A stretch of DNA of 64,000 nt, taken from Gemmatimonadota bacterium (lineage in GTDB: Bacteria; Gemmatimonadota; Gemmatimonadetes; Gemmatimonadales; GWC2-71-9). The notes below the pieces were generated by a model, which did not search any database, had not been told where the DNA came from, and worked only from the letters and a program-made list of their open reading frames with translations. Both the position numbers and the translations under genes were made by a program. Positions 19,111 through 29,243 of this stretch are shown here, piece by piece (the first letter of the stretch is position 1; each line of letters starts with the position of its first letter). The stretch is taken from positions 3,418,658-3,482,657 of the forward strand of contig CP070666.1 in the NCBI GenBank assembly GCA_020351775.1. The letters are read 5' to 3'.

Positions 19111-20682
19111 GTGAACCAAACTGTAAGCCCAGAATTCCTCGCCCTTCAGGAAGCACTTGCGGGCCGCTACTCGATCGAGCGCGAACTCGGTAGAGGAGGT
19201 ATGGGGATCGTGCTGCTGGCGCGCGACGTTGCCCTCGATCGCTTGGTGGCGATCAAGCTGCTGCCACCGGCGCTTGCAGCGGACTCGGCGCTCAGGGAGC
19301 GCTTCATCCGAGAAGCGCGCACGGCGGCCGGCTTGTCCCACCCCAACATCGTTCCGATCCACATCGTGGAGGAACATGGTGATCTGGTGTTCTTCGTGAT
19401 GGGTTTCGTCGATGGAGAAACGCTGCGTGAGCGTGTGGAGCGGAGCGGTCCACTCACACCCCGCGCCACGATGCGATTGGTCCAAGAGGTTGCCTGGGCA
19501 CTGGCCCACGCTCATCAGCGCGGTATCGTGCATCGCGACATCAAGCCCGACAACATCCTAGTCGAGCGTGCCTCCGACCGGGCGATGGTCACCGATTTTG
19601 GCATCGCCTGGGCGACTGCGGGTGAAGGTCCTGGCGCCGAGGGTGAAGTGGTTGGCACTGCCAGGTACATGAGTCCAGAACAGGCTTGCGGCGAGCCCGT
19701 CGATGCCCGTAGTGACCTCTATTCGTTGGGAGCGACTGCCTTCTACGCGCTCACCGGGCAAGCACCATTCACGGCCGCCAGCGTCCCGGCGCTGCTGGCA
19801 AAGCACGTCAACGAACGTCCGCCCGAAGTAAGTGCTCTCCGACCAGAGGTGCCCTCGAAGCTGGCGACACTGGTGAACCGCTGTCTGGAGAAGAACCCCG
19901 AAGATCGATTCCCATCGGGCGATGAGTTGGCGAAAGCAGTGAGTGACGCTCGCGGGCGAGAACTACGAGCGCCACCCCTGGTTCGCAGTTTCTTGCGCAA
20001 TGCCGAGGTGAGCACGGCCGTCATCCTGGCCGTCGCGATCGCTGGAGGATCAGTGGAAGTGGGCGGAGGTGGCGCGTCGATCAACCTCCTACCGTACATA
20101 CTGTTGTTCCAACTCGGCTACGCGGCGCGCCGCCTGCTACGGAACGGATACACATTTGATGACATTAGATCAGCCCTCCTGGCAGAGGCCCGCGCACAGG
20201 ACGAAGAGGCCGAGGCCGTTCAGTCAAAGAAGTGGATCCGCCGGATCTCGGGAGCATGGCACCGTATCTGGGCGAGCGGTTTCGGGCGCTTCTTCTTCAA
20301 GGTGTCCGGAATCGGACTCAAGGAACCCGAACGCTTGGTGCTACCCTCATCGGATGCTACGGAGCTGGTTCTGGGAAGGGCCGCAACCGAGATATACGGT
20401 GGGCTGCCGTCGGACGTGCGGCACCGGCTGGGCGACGTGACGGGCGTCATTAGCCGCCTCGAAGAGGACGCGGAGGAATTGCGGCGACGCGGTGACACGG
20501 GCGAACGGCTGACCGAAGCGGTGGCTGCACTCGAGAACGTACGCCTGGGGCTGCTACGCCTCAGGGCGGGAGTCGGATCGGTGGACGACCTCACCGAACA
20601 CATAGAGCGTGCGCAAGAGATCGGCGAGCGCATCGATGCCGAGCTGGCGGGAAGGAGTGAGGTTCGGGAGGCGCTGGAATGA
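19111..20682 (+). CDS. Ser/Thr protein kinase with a membrane-associated helical C-terminal region
   Basis: GTG start. Motifs GRGGMGIV, VAIKLL, HRDIKPDNIL, DFGIA and SPEQ. After ~270 aa there is a hydrophobic segment and a charged coiled region. Confidence 0.9.
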   Translation: MNQTVSPEFLALQEALAGRYSIERELGRGGMGIVLLARDVALDRLVAIKLLPPALAADSALRERFIREARTAAGLSHPNIVPIHIVEEHGDLVFFVMGFVDGETLRERVERSGPLTPRATMRLVQEVAWALAHAHQRGIVHRDIKPDNILVERASDRAMVTDFGIAWATAGEGPGAEGEVVGTARYMSPEQACGEPVDARSDLYSLGATAFYALTGQAPFTAASVPALLAKHVNERPPEVSALRPEVPSKLATLVNRCLEKNPEDRFPSGDELAKAVSDARGRELRAPPLVRSFLRNAEVSTAVILAVAIAGGSVEVGGGGASINLLPYILLFQLGYAARRLLRNGYTFDDIRSALLAEARAQDEEAEAVQSKKWIRRISGAWHRIWASGFGRFFFKVSGIGLKEPERLVLPSSDATELVLGRAATEIYGGLPSDVRHRLGDVTGVISRLEEDAEELRRRGDTGERLTEAVAALENVRLGLLRLRAGVGSVDDLTEHIERAQEIGERIDAELAGRSEVREALE

Positions 20683-20786
20683 GAGTCGGGAGACCGAGAA
20701 AGCCGGGCGGCTGGGCAACCTAGACACTGACCGCAGCGATCGCCGGCCGGTCGCGGCCGCCGGCTCACCAGCACCATGGAGGTCAC

Positions 20787-23531
20787 ATGTCTGATCGAGC
20801 CATTCGGCTGTTGGGTCATGCTTCGATGCTCTTTGCAGTACCAGTGACTCCGCTGCTTGCCCAACCAGATATACCCACCCCCGAATCGGTGTTGGGATTC
20901 CCTGTCGGCGCCGACTTCAGACTGGCAAGCTATGACGAGTCGATCGACTATTTCCGCCAAATGGACGCTGCCTCCGATCGTCTGCAGCTGATCGAAATCG
21001 GCCGGACTTCTGAGGGGCGGGAATGGTATGTGGCACTCATATCCAGCGCCGCGAACCTGTCCGACCTCGAGCGCTACCGCCTAATCGCACAGCGCCTGGC
21101 ACACCCGACTGGACTGACCGATGACGAGGCCCGGCAGCTAGCCCGCAGTGGAAAGGCGATCGTTCACATCGATGGGGGCCTGCACGCGTCCGAGGTAGCA
21201 TGTGCCCAACACACCATTCAGTTGGCGTACGATCTGCTCGTCCGGGCCAATGAGCCCAAGATTCAGGCGATCCTCGACAACGTGATCTTCCTGCTGTGGC
21301 CATCAATAAACCCCGATGGCCAGAACATGGTGGTCGACTGGTACCGATCAAACCTCGGCACACCGTACGAGGTGGCGCCCATGCCGTGGCTGTATCAGAA
21401 GTACATTGGCCACGACAACAACCGTGACGCGTACATGCTCAACATGATCGAGTCACGGGTGGTGGCCCGGTTCTGGAGACACTGGGAACCTCACATAATC
21501 CACGTACACCACCAGAGCTCCCCCTTCCCAACCCGCATCTGGCTGCCGCCGTTCGCCGAACCGATTGCCCCGCAGGCACCGCCGTTGATGTCTCGTGAAG
21601 TGAACATGATCGGCATGGCGATGGCGCAGGACCTGGAGTCTGCCGGCAAGGTTGGCGCAACCCACATGACCCCGTTCGATGCCTGGTATCCCGGTTACAT
21701 CGACTACCTACCCATGTTCCAGAACATCGCGGCCTACTGGACCGAGACGGCGTTGTACCGCTACGCCACTCCGCGCTTCTACAGGATCAGCGACTTCCCG
21801 GCGAGCGCACGGCACCTGCGACCGCAGACTCTCTACTCGAGTCCATGGGAAGGCGGCTGGTGGCGCCTGGGAGATGCGGTGGACTACATGGTCACTGCCT
21901 CGATGTCAGTACTCGACTACGCTGCCAAGTATCGCGAAGATCTGTTATACAACCGCTACCAGGCGGGCCGCAACACGATTCGCAAATACGAACAGCAGCC
22001 TCCGCATGCATACTTCATCGAGCCCGAGCAGCGCGACCCCGTATCAGCCATAGAGCTGCTACGCAGGCTTGCGTTCAACGGTGTGCGCGTCAGCCGACTG
22101 ACACAGCCGGTCTCGCATGAGGCAATGACATATGCCGAGGGAACCTGGGTCATTCCCATGAATCAGGAGTTTGCCGAACTGGTGCGGCAAGTGTTCGATG
22201 CGCAGGTATACCCAGATCTACGGCAGTATCCTGAAGGACCGCCACAGCAGCCTTACGATGCGGCCGGGTGGACATTGCCCTATCAGATGGATGTTAGGGT
22301 ACACGCAGCACCGTCCCCGCTGACGGAAGAAGTGCTGGCTGCAATGGACCCGGCACGCGCGACACCCGTCGACTGGAGAACGGCCGACGAGGTCTTCGGT
22401 GGCACCTCATTCGACAGCCCACCCGGACTCGGGTTCGATAGCGACTCGGTCGCGACCGCCATCATCCCAGCGCCAGGGAGGATTTCGGGTTCGGGATCGT
22501 CTCTAGCGCTGGATCCGGCACAGAACAACACGTTTCGTGCAATCAACCGGGCGTGGCAAGCGGGCGGCACAGTGCGGTTTGAACCCGGAACGCCGGGCAA
22601 GGAGGGCCTTCCGGGAACGAGCGGCCGCTACGTCATTGCTGGTGTGTCCGGGTCGACTCTCGGTCAGTGGGTCGATGATCTGGCACTGCAGGCCGAACGA
22701 ACGGACCGGTCGAGCGGTCCGGCGGTGCGATCGCGCATTGCTCTGTACAGACCGTGGCGTCCCAGCATGGACCAGGGCTGGTCCAGATGGGTGCTGGAGC
22801 AGTACGGTTTCCAGTTCAGCCGCGTAACGAACGCCGAGATCCGGGCCGGCGACCTGAGTGAGCGATACGACGTCGTCCTGCTGCCCGCAGAACGTCCCCA
22901 GACCCTGCTCGACGGCTTCTCCAAGGGATCCGTGCCACCGCGATATGAAGGTGGCATCGGGGCGGTGGGAGTCAGAGCGCTAGACGAGTTCGTGCGTGGT
23001 GGGGGCACTCTAGTCTGCCTCAACCAGAGCAGCGAGTTCGCGATCGAGCAGCTGCACCTTCCGGTGCAGAACGCGGTGGCCGGCTTGGACAGAACCGAGT
23101 ATTTCCTCAGTGGATCGATACTCGAGGTCACGACCGATCCATCGCATCCGGTCATGGCGGGCATGTCAGCAAGGGCCAAGGTGTTCGTGGGTTGGAGCCC
23201 CGTGTTCACGATACTGGAAGGTTTCCAGGGTGCTGCCTTGGCCAAGTACCAGGAGAACGGATCACCGTTGCTCTCCGGCTACCTGCTTGGCGAACGACAC
23301 CTCCAGGGCTACGCTGCGGCGCTGGACGTTCACCATGGGGACGGACACGTGATTCTGATCGGCTTTAGGCCACAATGGCGCGGTCAGTCCTTCGGTAGCT
23401 TCAAAGTGCTGTTCAATGCATTGCTGTATGGTGGGGAGTTGGCTCGCAGGGTCCACGGTACCCCGGAGTTCTGGAGTGCGCCGGAGAAAGAGGAAGAAGG
23501 TGCCGGCGGGCTCGGCAGAGCAGCGCGTTGA
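20787..23531 (+). CDS. M14-family zinc carboxypeptidase-like secreted protein with a large C-terminal extension
   Basis: 914 aa with a signal peptide. HxxE zinc motif in IHIDGGLHASE, plus GHDNNRD. The long C-terminal domain is of unclear function. Confidence 0.85.
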   Translation: MSDRAIRLLGHASMLFAVPVTPLLAQPDIPTPESVLGFPVGADFRLASYDESIDYFRQMDAASDRLQLIEIGRTSEGREWYVALISSAANLSDLERYRLIAQRLAHPTGLTDDEARQLARSGKAIVHIDGGLHASEVACAQHTIQLAYDLLVRANEPKIQAILDNVIFLLWPSINPDGQNMVVDWYRSNLGTPYEVAPMPWLYQKYIGHDNNRDAYMLNMIESRVVARFWRHWEPHIIHVHHQSSPFPTRIWLPPFAEPIAPQAPPLMSREVNMIGMAMAQDLESAGKVGATHMTPFDAWYPGYIDYLPMFQNIAAYWTETALYRYATPRFYRISDFPASARHLRPQTLYSSPWEGGWWRLGDAVDYMVTASMSVLDYAAKYREDLLYNRYQAGRNTIRKYEQQPPHAYFIEPEQRDPVSAIELLRRLAFNGVRVSRLTQPVSHEAMTYAEGTWVIPMNQEFAELVRQVFDAQVYPDLRQYPEGPPQQPYDAAGWTLPYQMDVRVHAAPSPLTEEVLAAMDPARATPVDWRTADEVFGGTSFDSPPGLGFDSDSVATAIIPAPGRISGSGSSLALDPAQNNTFRAINRAWQAGGTVRFEPGTPGKEGLPGTSGRYVIAGVSGSTLGQWVDDLALQAERTDRSSGPAVRSRIALYRPWRPSMDQGWSRWVLEQYGFQFSRVTNAEIRAGDLSERYDVVLLPAERPQTLLDGFSKGSVPPRYEGGIGAVGVRALDEFVRGGGTLVCLNQSSEFAIEQLHLPVQNAVAGLDRTEYFLSGSILEVTTDPSHPVMAGMSARAKVFVGWSPVFTILEGFQGAALAKYQENGSPLLSGYLLGERHLQGYAAALDVHHGDGHVILIGFRPQWRGQSFGSFKVLFNALLYGGELARRVHGTPEFWSAPEKEEEGAGGLGRAAR

Positions 23532-23567
23532 GTTGCTCTGAACGGCACACATCCCGATGGTATTGAA

Positions 23568-24380
23568 ATGAGAGATATGATCCGATCCAACAGTGACGAA
23601 CAGATGCCCCGCGTGGCCCTCTTCGTGACGTGTATGGTCGACACGTTGTATCCCGAAGTGGGTCTAGCTGCGGTCGACTTGCTCGAGCGTCACGGTGCCG
23701 AGGTAGTCTTCCCCGAGGAACAGACCTGTTGTGGTCAGCCCGCGTTCAATGCCGGCTACCGCGTCGAGGCCCGCAGAATGGCGGTTCATTTCCTCGATGT
23801 GTTTGCGCCGCTCGTGGAGAGCGGCGACGTAGATGCAATAGTGGCACCGAGCGGCAGCTGTGTCGCGATGGTCAAGCGCTTCTATGATGTGCTGTTCGAA
23901 GGGCCGAACTGCATCAACGACCAGCCACGTGTCGCCCGCACACGTGAGGTGACATACGAGCTGACACAGTACCTCGTAGATGTACTCGGTGTCGACGACA
24001 CTGCGGCGCAGTACAACGGCACACTCACGTATCACCCGTGCTGTCACTTGCTACGCGAGCTAGGGATCGACAAGCAGCCGCGCCGTCTGCTCAACGCCAT
24101 AACGGGCGCCGATCTCGTAGAACTGCCCGCCGCAACCGAGTGCTGTGGCTTCGGCGGACTGTTTGCGCTCAAGAACGCGGAGATCAGCACCGCCATGGGC
24201 CAGCGCAAGCTCGACAACATCGACCAAACCGGCGCGCACATCGTTGCGGTGAATGATGTCAGTTGCATGACACACATCAACGGGTTGCTCAAACGCGCCG
24301 GGCACCCCTGCCGGGCCGCGCACGTCGCGCAGCTGTTGCGCCCCGCGGAGGCGGGTGAGCCGGGGGCGCGGAGGACATGA
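23568..24380 (+). CDS. lutA: lactate utilization protein A (Fe-S oxidoreductase, CCG-domain)
   Basis: VALFVTCMVD...EQTCCGQP and a second CCG-type repeat ATECCGFGG. Confidence 0.85.
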   Translation: MRDMIRSNSDEQMPRVALFVTCMVDTLYPEVGLAAVDLLERHGAEVVFPEEQTCCGQPAFNAGYRVEARRMAVHFLDVFAPLVESGDVDAIVAPSGSCVAMVKRFYDVLFEGPNCINDQPRVARTREVTYELTQYLVDVLGVDDTAAQYNGTLTYHPCCHLLRELGIDKQPRRLLNAITGADLVELPAATECCGFGGLFALKNAEISTAMGQRKLDNIDQTGAHIVAVNDVSCMTHINGLLKRAGHPCRAAHVAQLLRPAEAGEPGARRT

Positions 24381-24486
24381 ACGTGCAACGCGCGTACACG
24401 GCTTCCCGCCATTCCGGCGTCGCGGTATCCCGTAGCCCTTCCAGGGGAGACCTATCCGCTCCCTGCTCCCTGCTTCCCATCAGCCG

Positions 24487-25926
24487 ATGACCGTCGACCC
24501 GTCGGCTAACTTCCGGACCAGGGTCGAGCAGGCCCTTGGCGATGACAACCTGCGCACGGCGTTGGACCGGGCGACCTCCCGCTTGAGGGGGAAGCGCACC
24601 ACAGCAGTGGCGGCGATCGATCTCGAGCGGCTACGCGATGAGGCCCGGGCGATCAGAGAACACTCGATCCGGCGACTGCCCGAGATGCTGGAGCAGCTGG
24701 AGCGCAACTTGATCGCCAACGGGTGCCAGGTGCACTGGGCCGAGACTGGAACCGAGGCGACGGATATCATCAACGCAATCGCGCGCCAGCACGGAGTACG
24801 TCGGGCAGTCAAATCGAAGTCGATGACCACCGAGGAGATCCGTCTGAACGAAGCGTTGGGACAGGAGGGTGTCGCAGTCGTCGAGACCGACTTGGGGGAG
24901 TACATCATCCAACTCGCCGACGAGCCGCCGAGCCACATCACGGCGCCGGTCCTTCACAAGCGTGCCGAGGACATCGCTGAGTTGTTCCAGCGCGAGCTGG
25001 GAATGCACCCTACGACGGACCCGACAGAGATCTGCGCCGCTGCGCGCCGGCAGTTGCGCGGCGAGTTTCTCGCTGCTGAGCTGGGTATAAGTGGCTGCAA
25101 CTTCGCCATTGCCGAGACCGGAACCATCTGCATAGTCACCAATGAGGGTAACGGCCGGATGGTCACGAGCATGGCACCGGTCTATGTGGCCCTGCTGGGA
25201 ATCGAAAAGATAGTGCCACGTGTCGAGGACGCGATTCTGTTGTGGCAGGCTGTGGCGCGCAGTGCTACCGGGCAAGAGACGACTGTGTACTTCTCCATGA
25301 GCAGCGGACCCCGAGGTCCCGGACAGGTCGACGGCCCCAGAGAGATGCATGTCGTATTGCTCGACAACGGGCGGACCCGGATATTGGAGCGGGGATACGC
25401 GGACGCGCTTCTGTGCGTGCGCTGTGGGGCCTGCCTCAATTCTTGCCCGATATACCGTGAGATCGGCGGTCACGCCTACGGTGAAACGGCCTACAGTGGG
25501 CCGATCGGAGCCGTGGTCACACCGCTGCTCGCCGACAACCCTGCCACGTTCAGGGAGCTGCCGTATGCCAGTTCGCTGTGTGGCGTCTGTCGTGAAGTCT
25601 GCCCCGTCAAGATCGATCTACCGCGGTTGTTGCTCGACCTGCGGCACAACCTGACTCAGCTTAAAGCGTCGCCGAGATACGAGCGAACTGCCGTGCGAGC
25701 CTTCGCTCGTGCCGCTGAGAGACCGCGAACCTACCAGCGCCTGTCACGAATCGTACGGTGGTTCATGCGGCTGCTGCCCCAGAATCAGGATGGAGATGTA
25801 TCGAAATTACCGCCCCCGTTAAGCGCCTGGACACGGAGTCGAGTGTTCCCCAAGCCCGCGACACCAGGCTTTCGTGAACTATGGCGCGCGCGAGGTACGC
25901 AAGATACCACCTCGGGGGATGGATGA
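24487..25926 (+). CDS. lutB: lactate utilization protein B (4Fe-4S ferredoxin-type)
   Basis: LUD domain plus CVRCGACLNSCPIY and CGVCREVCPV clusters. Confidence 0.9.
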   Translation: MTVDPSANFRTRVEQALGDDNLRTALDRATSRLRGKRTTAVAAIDLERLRDEARAIREHSIRRLPEMLEQLERNLIANGCQVHWAETGTEATDIINAIARQHGVRRAVKSKSMTTEEIRLNEALGQEGVAVVETDLGEYIIQLADEPPSHITAPVLHKRAEDIAELFQRELGMHPTTDPTEICAAARRQLRGEFLAAELGISGCNFAIAETGTICIVTNEGNGRMVTSMAPVYVALLGIEKIVPRVEDAILLWQAVARSATGQETTVYFSMSSGPRGPGQVDGPREMHVVLLDNGRTRILERGYADALLCVRCGACLNSCPIYREIGGHAYGETAYSGPIGAVVTPLLADNPATFRELPYASSLCGVCREVCPVKIDLPRLLLDLRHNLTQLKASPRYERTAVRAFARAAERPRTYQRLSRIVRWFMRLLPQNQDGDVSKLPPPLSAWTRSRVFPKPATPGFRELWRARGTQDTTSGDG

Positions 25927-26660
25927 GCGCACGACCGGCCATGGCGCGGGACCGCATACTCGAGCGGCTCCGAAGTCTGCTGAGAGAGAAACGGCCGCCG
26001 TTTCGTGATCCCATCGCTCACGACCTGCCGGCCCCACCAATGACAGTGTACCCACCGTCCGGACGGCGGTCTCTGGTGGAGACTTTCGGAGCTAAGCTCA
26101 CCGAGCTCTCCGGGAGTTGCGAACTGGTCCGCAGCGAGACTGACGTCGCCGAGCGGATTGCCCAGAAGATATGCGAGTGGGTGCCCACCGGAGGGCCGGA
26201 GCGAACCGAGGTATTGAGTTGGGCACCTGGTGAGCTGCACGTGGCGAGGCTGGAGCAGACACTGGCAGAACTGGACGTCTCGCTGTTCGTTCCGGACGAT
26301 ATGAACGATCAACGGGTCAGAGACCACGCGGCTTCGCTTGCAGTGGGTATCACGGGCGTTGAGGCAGCCTTTGCAAACACCGGATCCATTGCCTTGCTTC
26401 CGGCACCTGGCAGGAGTCGGGCTGCTAGTCTGTTGCCGCTGCACCACCTGGTGCTGATTCCATTGAGCAGGTTGTATCCAACGTTCGAGGACTGGCTATT
26501 GAAGCTCAGGAAAAGGGGACGTCTTGAGGCAATGGTCCGCCGCAGCGGCCAGATCGCATTCATCACAGGTCCGAGCAAATCGGCTGACATCGAGCTCAAC
26601 CTCACACTCGGCGTTCATGGCCCCAAGGTGGTGCATGCGGTAGTATTCGACGACGAGTGA
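25923..26660 (+). CDS. lutC: lactate utilization protein C (LUD domain)
   Basis: ATGA overlap with the lutB stop. GITGVEAAFANTGSI...LPLHHLVLI is typical of the LutC/YkgG family. The frame is open from 25881. Confidence 0.8.
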   Translation: MSARPAMARDRILERLRSLLREKRPPFRDPIAHDLPAPPMTVYPPSGRRSLVETFGAKLTELSGSCELVRSETDVAERIAQKICEWVPTGGPERTEVLSWAPGELHVARLEQTLAELDVSLFVPDDMNDQRVRDHAASLAVGITGVEAAFANTGSIALLPAPGRSRAASLLPLHHLVLIPLSRLYPTFEDWLLKLRKRGRLEAMVRRSGQIAFITGPSKSADIELNLTLGVHGPKVVHAVVFDDE

Positions 26661-26907
26661 AGCCAACTATCACTACCAAGATCCCGTCCAAGTTGCTGCA
26701 CTCCGTGTTATTCGATTCCCGTGCTGAGTCAGTACGACCTGAGAGACCGGATATTGAAGTAGACAGCTCGTAGCCCGAATTGGCACTCCACCTCCAATAC
26801 CGACCAGGAGCTAGACAGGTAAGACCTTGCTTTTTCGGGCTATGGCGGTAGCATGGCCCACAGCCAACTCCCTTACTTCAACATGCCATGATGGGGCGAA
26901 CCGCGAA

Positions 26908-28620
26908 ATGAGCCTCACAGTCCAAGCCCTCGTTGCGGTTGCCCCCATCCTACTCGCGGCCGTTCTGTTGGTCGGTCTGCGCATCCCCGCCAAGTGGGCC
27001 ATGCCGGCGGTATACGCGACGGCGGTGGTCCTGGCATGGGCCGTGTGGCGGGTCGATGCCCGCCACATCGGTGCGTCGACCGTGCAGGGGCTGTTCATAA
27101 CGTTCGACATACTGGCGATCATCTTCGGGGCAATTCTGTTGCTGAAGACGCTGGAGCACTCCGGAGGGGTGGCAGCCATTCGCCGGAGCTTTCACGGCAT
27201 CAGCGACGACCGCCGGGTGCAAGTCGTGATAATCGCCTGGCTGTTCGGGTCGTTTATCGAAGGTGCTGCGGGATTCGGCACGCCAGCGGCGGTGGCAGCT
27301 CCACTGATGGTGGCACTGGGCTTTCCTGTCACCGCTGCGGTGATGATCGGCATGATGATTCAGAGCACCGCGGTCACGTTCGGCGCCGTGGGCACACCGA
27401 TTCTCATCGGCGTCTGGGACGGCTTGGCGAGTCCGGAGCTGACAGCACGATTGACCGCGGCTGGGGTGTCGTACGACCACTATGTCCGCACCATTGCAGC
27501 CTACGCCGTATGCCTGCACGGACTGACCGGTACCCTGATGCCAACGTTGATGGTAATGATGCTGACCCGATTCTTCGGCCGACGGAAATCGTGGACCGAA
27601 GGACTGACGATTCTGCCATTCGCGATCTTCGGCGGCCTGGCGTTCACCGTGCCCTATACTCTCACAGGGGTGCTACTCGGTCCAGAGTTCCCAACGCTCT
27701 TGGGCGCAGCGGTCGGGCTGGCGGTGGTGACGTACGCAGCCCGCCGCGGCTTCCTGGTACCCCCCGACACATGGGACTTTCCCCAGCCGGACAGCTGGCC
27801 CGCCGATTGGCGACCCGGAACGGCCTCGGTCAACGAGACAGCCACGGCGCCATCGATCCAGCCGGCGTTAGCCTGGGCACCGTACGGGATAGTAGCGGTC
27901 CTGCTCGTTCTAACCCGGCTACCACAGCTGCCGCTGGGCGACTGGGCGCGAGCGCTCGAGATAAGCTGGCCGTGGATACTTGCGACCGATATCGGTGCAA
28001 GCACGACTCCGCTCTACCTCCCTGCCACCATGCTGATCATCGCCGTCGCCGCTACCTGGTTGCTGCATCGCATGAGCGGGCGTCAGATCGTCGCGGCCAT
28101 CGGAGACTCGAGCCGGGTTCTGCTGGGCGCGGGGTTCGTGCTGCTGTTCACCGTACCTATGGTGCGCGTCTACATAAACTCGGGCGTGAACTCGTTTGCC
28201 CTAGCCGGCGCCGACACCCTTCCCTCCATGCCCATTGCCATGGCGACCTGGGTGGCGGAGAATGTGGGCAGGATCTGGCCCCTGGTGGCGCCGTCCATTG
28301 GCGCCCTCGGCGCTTTCATAGCCGGCAGCAACACCGTCAGCAATCTGATGTTCAGCCTGTTCCAACACGGTGTCGCCGTGGAGTTGGCCATCAGCGGGGC
28401 CATGGTCGTGGCGCTGCAGGCAGTAGGGGCAGCCGCCGGTAACATGATCGCGATTCACAACGTCGTGGCGGCGTCGGCCACAGTCGGCCTCTTGGGCCAA
28501 GAGGGTTCGACTCTGCGCAAGACTATTCTACCCACTCTGTACTACTTGGCAGTGGTGGGCTGCCTCGGCCTGCTGGCCATCTACGTGATCGGGTTGCCCG
28601 ACCTGTTGGCAAACGGCTAG
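26908..28620 (+). CDS. lctP: L-lactate permease (LctP family)
   Basis: Polytopic protein. FITFDILAIIFGAILLLKTLEHSGG, FIEGAAGFGTPAAV and AAGNMIAIHNVVAA are LctP hallmarks. The frame is open from 26827. Confidence 0.9.
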   Translation: MSLTVQALVAVAPILLAAVLLVGLRIPAKWAMPAVYATAVVLAWAVWRVDARHIGASTVQGLFITFDILAIIFGAILLLKTLEHSGGVAAIRRSFHGISDDRRVQVVIIAWLFGSFIEGAAGFGTPAAVAAPLMVALGFPVTAAVMIGMMIQSTAVTFGAVGTPILIGVWDGLASPELTARLTAAGVSYDHYVRTIAAYAVCLHGLTGTLMPTLMVMMLTRFFGRRKSWTEGLTILPFAIFGGLAFTVPYTLTGVLLGPEFPTLLGAAVGLAVVTYAARRGFLVPPDTWDFPQPDSWPADWRPGTASVNETATAPSIQPALAWAPYGIVAVLLVLTRLPQLPLGDWARALEISWPWILATDIGASTTPLYLPATMLIIAVAATWLLHRMSGRQIVAAIGDSSRVLLGAGFVLLFTVPMVRVYINSGVNSFALAGADTLPSMPIAMATWVAENVGRIWPLVAPSIGALGAFIAGSNTVSNLMFSLFQHGVAVELAISGAMVVALQAVGAAAGNMIAIHNVVAASATVGLLGQEGSTLRKTILPTLYYLAVVGCLGLLAIYVIGLPDLLANG

Positions 28621-28984
28621 CAGCCCACGGAGCCCTGCTGGCACCCTTTGTGTCACACCGGATGTGAAGGGATCCTCGCAGAGACGAACTTTGTGTTCCA
28701 AAGTACTTTATAACCAGGAGGCACGGCACGACCTCTCGACTTGACGGCGGCAGGGTGGTGGAGATGGGGAGTACTGGCACAACCTCGTCACCCACCGTGA
28801 GCGAGGAGTACTCCGGTGGATCGCGATCTGTGGCTTTGCGGGCGGTGTCCTCGTCACCCTGCTCGTGCTGGGCTTCGCCCTTTCGACCATCTTGCGGGAG
28901 TGAGCCGGCAGCAGCCGTCGCGCGTAGGGAAGGCAGCGACAGCGCACACAACGAGCGGATACCGATTATTTTTGGATCCCACCT

Positions 28985-29066
28985 GCGACCGTGGCGGAAT
29001 TGGCAGACGCGCAGGATTTAGGATCCTGTGGGGAAACCCGTGGGGGTTCGAGTCCCCCCGGTCGCA
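28985..29066 (+). tRNA. tRNA-Leu, anticodon TAG, long variable arm
   Basis: Acceptor stem gcgaccg/cggtcgc. Anticodon stem cagga/tcctg with loop ttTAGga. Variable arm tggggaaacccgt. T-arm ggggg-ttcgagt-ccccc. No encoded CCA. Confidence 0.9.
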
Positions 29067-29243
29067 TAGCACCCCACGATTCGTCCCACTTGAGCGGACC
29101 TCGGGCCTGGGCCCAGCGTGCCTCCTCAGACCGGTGGTTCCCTGGTGGACTCTTCATCCCATATGTTTCTAACAGGATCCGGCCACGGCGCGGTAATCGC
29201 GCGCCTCCGTTAGATTTATCAGCTATTTCGCAAGTAGGTATTC

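Noticed and set aside
26994-28442. Very long alternative-frame or antisense ORFs. Examples are 26994-28442 (+), 18919-19533 (-), 20220-20960 (-), 24631-25473 (-), 31452-32162 (-), 6055-7020 (+) and 40920-41678 (+).
   Set aside because: They fully overlap genes with clear family motifs. They translate to Arg/Pro/Gly/Ala-rich low-complexity strings and are the expected stop-poor shadow frames of GC-rich DNA.
28755-29021. An 88-aa ORF in the permease-tRNA spacer.
   Set aside because: It runs into and through the 5' half of tRNA-Leu, has mediocre GC3 and Ser/Pro-rich composition. The neighbouring frame, reported separately, looks more coding-like.
28620-29243. Integrated element at tRNA-Leu (integrase gene, or a direct repeat of the tRNA 3' end).
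   Set aside because: There is no integrase or recombinase ORF on either side and no copy of the tRNA 3' segment nearby. The downstream genes are the conserved tig-clpP-clpX block.
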